Origin: Perna viridis
Taxonomy: Eukaryota
Direction of reading: 5' to 3'
Assembly (NCBI GenBank): GCA_037379345.1
Contig: CM074520.1
Coordinates: 20,501,488 to 20,565,487 of the forward strand
DNA length: 64,000 bases
The notes under the pieces are model-generated. The model was given only the letters and a program-made list of their open reading frames with translations, was not told the DNA's origin and did not search any database. The position numbers and the translations under genes were made by a program. Of the stretch, positions 53,768 to 64,000 are shown one piece after another. The first letter of the stretch is position 1, and the number at the start of each line of letters is the position of its first letter.

Positions 53768-56208
53768 CTACCAAAAAAAATAATAAAAAAATGATTATTT
53801 TTGAAAACATGTAAGTACCAATCCACATGAAGTTCAGACAGTACCAATGGTAGTGATGGTACCAATGATGGTCAAGAAAAACCCATCAAACAAACAATGC
53901 TTTTTTTAAGTCTACTTATGCTATACTTTCACATAACAATAACCTTTTCTGTATTCAGTTTTGCACTTTCAAGAAAATCATACATTTATCTCCCACTAAA
54001 AGCAACCAAGTGAAGCCAAATCAAGAACGATAACTCTTGCAAAGTGCAAATTTCATGTACAATCTATATAATTTTTATCTCAAAAGCACAACTACCAAAC
54101 TGGTTACGTGATCAGTTACTGTTTTATGAACAAGAAATAAAACTGAATTTGGTGGATATTTGACATGCTTGAATCACCTTCTGTGTGATTTTTAGAAAAA
54201 CTGCTACTTAATTATGTATAAACTATCCTAAACTATCTAAGACGTCTGTTCTGATCGCATTTGCCATCGTTGAAATGAGTAAAAAAATTTAAAAATAAAA
54301 AAAATCACAGCAACTCAACAATCATAAAATATGAATTCTTTGTTACCGAGAATTGTCATTATTTATGAAGAAAGAAGTTACAGATTAGTTGGTCTTGGCG
54401 ACTTTCTTCTTCTCACTGAGTAATTAACATACAAATAAAAAGTTTTTTTTGGTAATTTAGACAATATACATTATACTGTTCCACTGGCACGTGCAAGGCA
54501 CTTCTCCGGGTCAGTGATCCATGAAATCCAAATACACTAACTAATCTTACAAGTAATAGCTTAAAAAACTAGCCGCCTCTAGCTGAGAATTGATTTAATG
54601 CAATTTTTTTATAACAAAAACAAGATTCATGGCAAATGGACCCGGATTCGTAAAAGGGGCTTTTATAACCTAGGGCCCTAAATTTGGGGATATTCTTATA
54701 CCATTGTATTCACTTGCTTGTGTTCTTGTGTTCCTGTAAACTAGTGCTCAATCAGTATAATCCTGCTTTTCCCAATGCAGATGAAAATGTTAATTTATTA
54801 TTGACTGTAAACTAACTCGTAAACAGGAAGTAGAAGTGTGACACATATGAAATCAATAATTGCAATATGGGACCCCTTTATGATTTCCCGAGGCTATGAT
54901 AGGTGCTTGTAGAGAAATGTTACTATTGACTGCCAATGTTGAAAAATAAACTGTCCATAAACAGCTGCAGGAAGTATAAGTGTGACATGTACTTGCTGAA
55001 AAAGAAACTGAGGCACTGGTCATTTTTATCCAGAGAGAGGGAGGGCTGGGGTAAGATTTTTTTTACGCAAGCACAAAAGTTTTATTTTTATTTTAGTAGC
55101 AACTGAAATTAATACTTTAATTTGAAAAATGTGCCTTGTTAAGTAATAAGTGAAATATAGAAAAAAATTATTTTTTCATTTCAATGGATGAGAAAAAAAT
55201 TTTCCTAAAAATTTATAACATTATTTTTTTTCTTTTTAAAAGAAAAAAAATATCCCAGGCCCCTCCCCTTGCTAATATAGAGGACAGTGTCTAAGTCTAA
55301 AAACAGGAAGTAGAAGTGTGAATATATTTTTGATTGATTCTGTACGTCTCTAATGTACATGTATCATGTTTATTAAGTTTCTTCACTGATGTCGAATATC
55401 TTTAAATATACTCATTTTCAATTTTCCCTTAGAGTAAATAAAAACATTTCTTTCTTCTTTTTTAAATTCTATCACTTAGGTGTGTCTAATTAAAGAGCTG
55501 TGCTCCCATGCCTTGTGAGGATATCATGTACATTTCAGCCAAATCAGCCAATTGACCAATTTGGAACTGTTATTTTGTCAACTGTTACCTACGTTTTCAT
55601 TTGATTGAAGGAAATGAATTTACACATCCCCTTTCCACATACTGTCTCTTTTTTGTTTTTTTTTGTCTTTTTTTCCTATATTTATTAAGTTATAAGACTT
55701 GTGTCTTATCCTTTTGTTCTTATTTGAACAATAAAATGTGTTTAAATTAAAACTAAGTATGCTTTTATAAAAGTCACTAGAGTAAATTTTTAGAAGTTTC
55801 AAAGTAAAGCAATGATTGGGTTTTGAAGTTTTATGTCATTATTCAGCGTTGGTTCAATACATATTTGTAAAACTTCAAAATATGATTCCTCCAGGGTTCA
55901 ACACAACTCAAAAGGAATACCAAACTGACTCTTCATGGTAGGATTTAGATATGTCGGACTGGGTAGGTGCTGACAGCTTTTCCATTGCACAGATCTTACT
56001 CAGAAATATTATGAAAATGGAGTAGCCCGTATACCCACTCTTTGAATGGTTTCAATTATCTTGAACTTGCCTCAGTCTGAATCTGTGAATATCTGTTTGC
56101 CAAACATATTTCTTATTTTTCATGCATGTATATGTCCCAGTGTTATTGTATGAAAAAGTTTAGGATTCAGAATTAATATTTATTTTCAAACAGCATCAGT
56201 TGGTATTA

Positions 56209-57355
56209 TTTTTAGCTGACCTGGCCAAAGGCCATGTGAGCTATTGCCATCACTTGGCTTCCGTCGTCGTCGTCCTCATTGTCTGTTAACAATTTTTCAA
56301 AAATCTTCTCCTCTGACCCTACTTGACCAATTGGAACCAAATTTGGTATGAATGTTCCTTGGGGTATCTTGCACAAAAGTTGTGTTTTGATTTTTGATCT
56401 GTCAAAAGAACATGACCGCTGTTATTAAAAATAAAACATAGGGGTCAACTTGTAGTTTTTTGCCTATATCTCCAAAACCATTAGGTTTAGCCAAATTCTG
56501 ACACAGATAAAAGTGTTTAGAATGATGAAATCTACCTGTGGTCAAATTTTCATTTTTATCGGTCAAACCATTTAAAAGTTATTGCCCTTTTTGACGTTTT
56601 TTTGCTATTTTTAATGTTATTTCTTTCAAAAATCTTCTCCCCTGACCCTACTTGACCCATTGCAATCAAACTTGGTATGAATGTTTCTTGGTGAATCTTG
56701 CACAAATTTTTGTTTAGATTTTTGATTCGTCAAAAAACATAGCTGCCCTTACTAAAAATAGAACACAGGGGTCAGACAGTAGTTTTTCGTATATATCTCA
56801 AAAACCATTGTTTTGCCAAATTCTGACATAGGGTAAAAGTTTTCAGCACGATGAGATCTATATGTGGTCAAATTATCATTTTAATTTGTCAAGCCATTTA
56901 GGAGATATTGCCCTTTTTCGACATTTTTATGCTATTTTTAATGTTGTTTCTTTCAAAAATCTCCTCTGACCCTACTTGACCATTTGGAACTAAACTTGGT
57001 ATGAATGTTCCTTGGGGTATCTTGCACAAAATTTGTGTTTATTTTTTTGATCCGTCAAAAAACATGGCAGCCATTACTAAAAATAGAACATAGGGGTCAG
57101 AATGTAGTTTTTCGCGTATATCTCCAAAACCATTAGGTTTAGCCAAATTCTGACATAAGGTAAATGTGTTCAACATGATGAGATCTATTTGTGGTCAAAT
57201 TTTCATTTTAATCTGTCAAGCCCTGTAATGATCCTTATGATAAGTCATACCAAAGTCTTCTTGAGTCAAAATTGTTAGACAACTTTTGGTTAAATTTATT
57301 GCAATTGAAAGACAAAATTTAACCAGGTCAGCGATTTAGGCTCCTGGGAGCCTCT
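56209..57355 (+). mobile_element. Helentron-associated non-autonomous element (HINE/DINE-like) with ~3 internal ~329-bp tandem repeats
   Basis: 5' TTTTAGCTGACCTGG subTIR, (GTC)n microsatellite, repeats starting TTCAAAAATCT.CTC at ~56296, 56626 and 56952, 3' CCAGGTCAGC subTIR plus hairpin AGGCTCCTGGGAGCCT, T-rich flanks. Confidence 0.85.
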
Positions 57356-57896
57356 TTTTGTGTTGTTTTAAGCATGTGACTTCACTGTCTTGTTTTGTTA
57401 TACCATTAAATGAAGTGTTGAATTGGACAAATAAGTTGTTATACGCGTACAAAATCTAACATTTAATTCTAAGTTATATTCAATTTTTAAGTATTGAAAA
57501 ACATAATATTGTCCTCAATCTAAATTACATTTATGAAGATTCAACATGAATCATGGCTACTTTCATGAAGGTTGTCTTTAAAATGAACATATTTACCCAT
57601 TCTCACACCCAACTTGTAAGACTTTTCTTCTTGAAATCTCTGTTTTCGATTTGTGTATGGTACCTTGTCGCATTTTGCCATAAAGATCTACGTGAACATG
57701 TATAAATTACCTGACTCTCGCTTATTACTATCTAATATTCAAAATTTCCAGATACCAACCCAACATTATTTGCTTTATATCTGCAAAATTTAAGGAACTT
57801 TGATCAATAGCTACAAGTCTAGACTGCACTTAAATCGTCCTAAGTGCACTCAATACTTCTGAGTGATGTTTAGACACACCACTTAAACCTACATTT

Positions 57897-58365
57897 AGGT
57901 TACAGACCACCAATTCAACCAATGAGCATTTTGAACATACGCAAAAATAGTCCTATGCAGAAATTACCCCTGTTCCTCATAGTGCTGTGAAAAAAGTTCT
58001 CATCTTATTTAAAAAATTTAAACAGTTTCTGAAAGGAAAAACATTTCTGTACATTTTATAGGTGCATTTTGCTTCTTGTGATGTGAAGCCTAATCTCCAT
58101 AATGGTTTCTAAATATACCCCTATCTTGTGAAAACACTTGGATTTCCCATACTATTTATAGACCCTTCACTTCCGGTGACCAGTACTGCACTGCAAGTCT
58201 GCTAACCCCACATGCCATTCTGAGGATTGTGAGCTGACATATGTAGAATCATGCTGATATATAGTCCTCTGCAGGTTAAAGTTAAGGTAAAGTCCAGAGA
58301 AGCCATTGAATATTGTGAAATTAGCATAGAAGCCTATAGGAAGTGGAATTAGAGGTTTTTAGCCT
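57897..58365 (+). mobile_element. 469-bp MITE copy 2
   Basis: Same length and nearly the same sequence as 49684-50152, in direct orientation. Confidence 0.85.
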
Positions 58366-58947
58366 TTATAACACTAACTTATATTGCAGGTTAAAAGTTG
58401 GAGGGTATTCAAGAAGTTCTGACAAACAGCTAACTTGTTTAATGTTAAAGGGTTTATTTTAGTATGATATTTAATGCAATGCAAAAAATTGACGAATTTA
58501 AAGCTACAAATATCAAATGACTTGGTCCATTCATACTTATGGCAATATATTGTACAACTAATAAAGTTGAGGATGAGTACAATTTCTTAATCTAATCCAT
58601 AATTTATAACAATTTGAGGCAAGAACTCTTTCAATACATTTATAGCACTTGTCAGAACTTTGATTACTAAGATGAATCTTCATTTTATTTCTGGCTGTTA
58701 AACAAAGAAAACTTGTCTATTATGGAGGTAAATTTGTTATTAGCTCTTTTGACTTGGAAGAACAGTCCTTGATATATATTGTTATTATTGAATATCAATG
58801 TGTTTTTGTTATGATTCTGATTCCAACTGTGTATAATACTAGTATTATATTGTCTCTGGGTAATTTCAGACAGTGTTAGTTACACGATGGGACAAATACC
58901 CGAGATCACTTATTTTGTCCCGGAAAAGATAGCAAAATATATAGGAA

Positions 58948-59167
58948 TACTGTAAAAGTATCAGTTTTCACAATGTACTAATTCTCACTATTTTCGTGGT
59001 GAACATGATGAACATAAAAGCATGAAAAATAGTACCATGAAATTGTTTTTAAACAAAATATAAGGCTTATCATTTTTTTGAATTTTCGAAAATTTGTACT
59101 GGCGAATATGTTCACTTGGCGGAATACGCGAAAATTAGCAACCATGAAAATTAATATGTTTACAGTA
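58948..59167. mobile_element. Tc1/mariner-type MITE (TA-CTGTAAA...TTTACAG-TA)
   Basis: Terminal inverted motif with TA TSD; internal TTTTC(G/A)C / GCGAAAAT subterminal motifs. Confidence 0.55.
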
Positions 59168-60084
59168 ATTAAAATTGATTTAAAATCTTAAATTTTGCAT
59201 TTGGTAGCCACTATTTCATGTACATGTAATTTTTCCAATCATGTTCACTGGATGTAATAAGGGTGAAATACAGGGTATACCTGTAATAAATATAGCATCT
59301 AGTTTGATTAACACCAGTGTTTGTTAATTAAAACCTGATTCACTTGTTTATTAATCTATTTGAGATTTTTTCATTTGATTCTCAGGTTCATCAAAAATCC
59401 TAGATGATAGTATTTTAACAACATTGCACTGTCTTATGTTACAACTAGAATGATGTTAAATGGTTTTGAGATTTTTTTGTTTCATAAAATGAATGTCGGT
59501 GACCAGCATGTACATGTTTAGAACTATTTAGCCTTAAAAGTATGTGATAGTTTAATATTACAATAAACTTTATATGAAGTAATGAAGACTGTATCATATT
59601 TATGCATGCACTGTTGGCAAACGCCTTGAAATATTTCGCTTCTTGAGTAAATCAGTAGTGGATTCATGGGGTTTCCGGGGTTAGAACCCCCTTTTTGTTG
59701 CAAGTTTTGTACATTTGGGCACAAATGAGCAAATTATAGCCTGAAAATGACTGGATTTCCCCCTATGATAAATCATTTAACGAATATGGAGAAGGTACCA
59801 CTCTTTGAACTTCATTTTGAATTAAATAAAATAAGACAGGTATCAAATTATTTGGTGAAAGATATTAAACAAATCAAATTCGAGGCTGGGTGTTTTGTTT
59901 GAGGTGAAATACATTTTTTGTGTGTTTCACAGGCTTTAAGGGTTGTATTTGGCAGTCAGATTTATGTATCTTTACTAATTTTTATTATACATTAATTAGT
60001 TTATACAAATGTATTACACTGTTACCAAATATGTAAAAACACTACTCAAAACAACCTTATTTTTCATTTCAAATCAATTTTGTT

Positions 60085-60478
60085 TTCTGTGTATTGTGTG
60101 ATTTCCATGTACCATGTCCATTCTGTGTATCGTGTGCATTCCATGCACCAGGTCTATTCCGTGTATTGTGTGCTTTCCATGTACCATGTCTATTCTGTGT
60201 ATCATGTGCTTTCCATGTACCACATCCATTCTGTGTATCATGTGCATTCCATGTACCATGTCCATTCTGTGTATCGTGTGCTTTCCATGTACCATGTCCA
60301 TTCTGTGTATCGTGTGCTTTCCATTTACCATGTCCGTTCTGTATATCGTGTGCTTTCCATGTACCATGTCCATTCTGTGTATCATGTGCGTTCCATGGAC
60401 CATGTCCATTCTGTGTATCATGTGCGTTCCATGGACCATGTCCATTCCGTGTATCATGTGCATTCCATGTGCCATGTA
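60085..60478. repeat. 36-bp minisatellite, ~11 copies
   Basis: Unit TTCTGTGTATCATGTGCATTCCATGTACCATGTCCA; produces the 12-aa-periodic ORFs in five frames of the track. Confidence 0.95.
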
Positions 60479-60651
60479 CTGTAAACGATGTCCATTTTTT
60501 GTATCGTGTACCGTAAACCGTGTTCCGTGTGATTTGGAACATTGATTGATTTAGGGATTGTAGCAGAAATTGTATTCTAAAAAAAAATCAGCCACAAAAT
60601 AAATGTATTTATTTAATGTAATTTTTTGATTCTCACTAATACTGTATATAG

Positions 60652-60754
60652 ATGAACTACAGTACCAGTACATTGTACTAGTGGGAACTGCAGTACCAGG
60701 ACCTTGTACTAGTGGAATATGCAGTACCAGTACCCTGTACTAGTGGAATATGCA
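60652..60754. repeat. 31-bp tandem repeat, ~3 copies
   Basis: CAGTACCAGTACxxTGTACTAGTGG(G/A)A unit. Confidence 0.8.
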
Positions 60755-61389
60755 TTTTCTCACAATAGTCAATAGTAATTAATTTATAACTTTATTAACT
60801 CCTGTTATATGTGACCTGAGGAGCACAGGTGTTCAAATTAGTGGTTGTCAAACGTCCTAGATCGTTAATTTCTGACAAAGAACCTTTGAAATTTCATTTT
60901 CCTAAGTTCTGGACCTTCATCCCTGTTAATTCAAATTGACACTTTAGTATGCGGATAAACATTTTTTACACAAAAGCTGACCCCTCAAACTGTAATGTAT
61001 TGTAAATTCATAATTCTGCAATTTAAATTTACAAAGAATCTAGTATAACGCTTAATAGTCAGTATCATGGCATGTTAAAAATTTTAGTTCTATGTTTATT
61101 TTGTTTATATATACAACATTTACCAACATGACAAATGAAGATCAATATTAAGAATTTTTTTTGTAAATATGTATGAAACAGATGTTTTCAAAACAGTGTT
61201 GAATATATTAATGCAAGTTAAAGTGTCTACAGATGTACAATACATATGTAGCATCAACCCATATGTATTTATTATATAAACATAGAGAAGGAAGTTGAAG
61301 TAAAGTATTTTAATACTATTAAGTCTATTGTTTCATGTACATGTATAGGAAATCATGGGTCTTCTGTAAATACCAGAACTGAGACATCC

Positions 61390-61650
61390 ATTGTATATCT
61401 TGAGGCTCAATCTTTGCACAATCTGAGCCCTTATCATTGTAAACTATTGCTCTTTTATACATATTATATTCAGCATGGTATCTGGCCCCCTTATAATGTT
61501 ATTGTAGATCAAAAGGCCCACTTAGTTGCACCTTACCTACACCTAGAGGCCCATCTATCGTATATGTACATCCAGAGTCCCACCTATTGTACATCCAGAG
61601 TTCTACCCATTGTACATCCAAAGTCCAACCGATTGTGCACCTACACTCCT
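61390..61650. repeat. Degenerate ~23-bp tandem repeat
   Basis: ATTGTACATCCAGAGTCCCACCT-like units, best preserved at 61563-61640. Confidence 0.55.
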
Positions 61651-62967
61651 TGAAATGTTTAGGTTTCTGAATGCTTCTGTCTTGCGTTTAAATGAACGCT
61701 TCTATCATGCTTTTGAACTTCAGTTTAAGACTATGGATAACGTTGTGAAAGGTTAGAAAGGAAGGAAATTTGGGCTATTTTTACCCTAATTTGAGGCTGC
61801 AACACCATAATTTTCGAAAGAAAGGGTATCTAAATCTGTTGTGGAGACTGGAATTTTAGTGGCAAAAACCTTATGAAAATTACTTCCAGTTGACAGATTC
61901 AACAGAATTCCTGTTCTCTTTTAGCCTCTGCAATCCAGCCAAAAAATTAAAGTTGCCATGTCAGTCCAAAACGTAACATGAACAGATATATGAAGGGATA
62001 CAGGTCAATTTGTCCCAATGCCGTTTAGTCCCAGGTCAATTCGTCCCATATTTTCAATAATTTTCTGTTTCAGGAAAGACACAGGAATCAAAGTTGAAGC
62101 ATTTTTGTATTTTATTTCTATTTTTTGCTTCATTTCTGTTTTGCGCAAACATTTTAATTAACCAATGTTTCGGTTGATAGAATAGATACGATCTTATCAA
62201 GAATGATTCTAGCCTAGCAATCATATCATTTGTAAATGTGAAAAAAAGTTACCAGCCAGAAATATCACGTAATAGTGAAGTAATCTGCGAAAGGTATTTA
62301 GGTATCGGGAAAGTTGTTACGTATACGGGTACAGATTACACATTTCAGGTTGTACCATTTTTTTATTAAAATGTTTCGAATTTATTTATTGTAATTAGTG
62401 ATAACGTTGCAACAATCGTTTCAAGAATGCAAAACATAAACGCAGCCATTAAAACAATATTCTGTGTTTTTGCAAAAATGAAAGGATTTATGGGAAATTT
62501 GAGAACTCTGCAGACACAATGATGACAAATGGATTGCCCAATATGCATTTGAGGGTCATTACAGACTGTTTTGATGTGAAAAAGCTAGAAGTGAGACAAA
62601 AGTTGCGGTGTTGACCTGTGCTTTTCATGAATGATCGTGAAAACAGTACACTTACACCTCTGAATACAAGCAACTGCTTTTATCTTGATTATTGAAGCAC
62701 CAGCTGCTCATATTGCTATCTTGACTAACAAAATTGTCATTAATATCAGAGCAATTTACTTAGGCTACCTGCTCAGGAATTGACCGTAAATAAACACCTT
62801 CATTAGGGGTTAGACATGGTGCCTATTAATTCCTTTGTGTATAAATTTTTAAAAGGGACTTGGACTAGATCAACATGTAGTTATCTATTTATAACCTCCC
62901 TTTTTTTTTCTATTCCAGAAATAGAGGAGTAGATTGTCACCTTGATGCAGGTTGTATATATGGAATC

Positions 62968-64000
62968 ATGTCACTAAGAAGAACACCTACTGCCGTTTTG
63001 GCCAAGCTTGAAAACATTTTGATGTTTATCATTATATGGGCATGCATTTTGAGTATCCATTATGCTTACAAAAGATCAAGTTCATCAATAATTGATGAAA
63101 TGAGCAAAAGTGTGAAAGTTGAAGTAAAAACAATTGAAAAGAAAAATGATGTGAACAAAAATTATTTGTTTGATGAAGATGCCGATTTTAATCAACCAGA
63201 CTTAATGGCAAAGGTTCAAAAGGAACTAGAGGAGAGCAGAAAGGAACAAGCAAGAGAGCTGCAGAAAGAGAGGCAGAGGAAAAAAGAGGGAGAATTATAC
63301 AGCACTCATACTGAGGCAGAAGCCTTGAAATGGTTTTCTTCCAGAGCAAAAGTAGACTATAAAATATCTGAAAGCAAGCATCCTCAACATCCTAAATATT
63401 TGATTACAGGTGATCACATATGTTCCAAAGGCAGACCTGATATACTATTCTATATTCATAGTAAGCTGGGTAATGAAGAATTGAGAAATGGAATTAGACA
63501 AACTTTTGGTCACCCTGAAAATTTCAAAAAGTTGAATGTAAAAACTGTCTTTATTCTTGGTAAACCAACAAATAATGCTGAAAAGGAGAACATTAGAAAG
63601 GAGAACGACAAAAATAAAGATATTATACAAACTGACTTTGAAGACACCCACCGAAATCTAAGCATTAAAGTCTTAACATTTTTACAATGGATTATTGACT
63701 ACTGTTCAAAACCACTTCCTATTTTCATCGTAAAGGTAGATGATGACTTTTTTGTCAACCCGTTCATGTTGGTTGAAGAGTTCATAGCTGATATGTGGGA
63801 TAAGCAAAACTTCGTTGCATGTCATTACAAGGAAAATGCTGCGGTTGTTCGTAACAAAAATAGCAAATGGTATATCGCAGAATCTGTTTATCCAAAAAAA
63901 GAACCAGATGTGTTTCCAAAGACATGTTCAGGGTATACTGCCATTTTCCCTGGAGATATGATTCCTGCTTTACATAGTATTTCAATTGACAAGTCCATTT
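62968..64000 (+). CDS. GT31-family beta-1,3-galactosyltransferase-like type II Golgi membrane protein (3'-partial)
   Basis: Stop-free from ATG 62968 to the window end: MSLRRTPTAVLAKLEN-ILMFIIIWACILSIHYAY (TM), charged stem, then RNGIRQTFG, TVFILG, DIIQTDFEDTHRNLSIK, FIVKVDDDFFVN (DxD), KWYIA..YP...FPKTCSG. Splice acceptor (poly-T)TATTCCAG at 62918. Confidence 0.9.
   Translation, partial: MSLRRTPTAVLAKLENILMFIIIWACILSIHYAYKRSSSSIIDEMSKSVKVEVKTIEKKNDVNKNYLFDEDADFNQPDLMAKVQKELEESRKEQARELQKERQRKKEGELYSTHTEAEALKWFSSRAKVDYKISESKHPQHPKYLITGDHICSKGRPDILFYIHSKLGNEELRNGIRQTFGHPENFKKLNVKTVFILGKPTNNAEKENIRKENDKNKDIIQTDFEDTHRNLSIKVLTFLQWIIDYCSKPLPIFIVKVDDDFFVNPFMLVEEFIADMWDKQNFVACHYKENAAVVRNKNSKWYIAESVYPKKEPDVFPKTCSGYTAIFPGDMIPALHSISIDKSI

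Noticed and set aside
49684-58365. LTR retrotransposon or composite transposon bounded by the 469-bp direct repeats
   Set aside because: No TG..CA ends, primer-binding site or gag/pol; each repeat has its own TIRs, and the outer flanks do not form a shared TSD
60085-60478. CRISPR-like array (36-bp periodicity)
   Set aside because: Units are contiguous with no unique spacers, there are no cas genes, and the context is eukaryotic
60069-60545. Cys/His-rich 133-157 aa ORFs resembling metallothionein or His-rich proteins
   Set aside because: All arise from one stop-free 36-bp minisatellite read in different frames; no frame is favoured

Overview
AT-rich, intron-rich animal genomic DNA, most likely a bivalve mollusc (the repeat families resemble those of mytilid mussels; this is inference). 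It is not prokaryotic: I found no CRISPR array, operon, rRNA or tRNA. (1) 6.2-22.6 kb (+): the last 12 coding exons of an inverted formin (INF2/FHDC1 class). All GT-AG junctions can be placed in frame, giving about 1927 aa in the window: end of DID/FH3, FH1, FH2, a WH2/DAD-like helix and a very large disordered tail in one 3.9-kb exon. The 5' exons appear to lie upstream of the window. (2) 24-47.5 kb: gene-poor repeat region with MITEs, a Penelope-like RT relic, and a TIR/TTAA-bounded Sola-type DNA transposon interrupted by an L2/Crack-type LINE. (3) 48-63 kb: CpG-poor region, probably the intron(s) of the next gene. It holds two near-identical 469-bp MITEs, an intron-containing hAT/ZNF862-like transposase pseudogene, a Helentron-type non-autonomous element with ~329-bp internal repeats, and minisatellites. 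(4) 62968 to the window end (+): an uninterrupted GT31 beta-1,3-galactosyltransferase ORF that is missing from the ORF track because it runs off the window. The most interesting observations are a near-perfect inverted repeat pair bracketing two FH2 exons totalling 192 nt in frame (circRNA or exon-skipping candidate) and a helical motif repeated 5-6 times in the formin tail. I did not find a clearly new multi-gene system.
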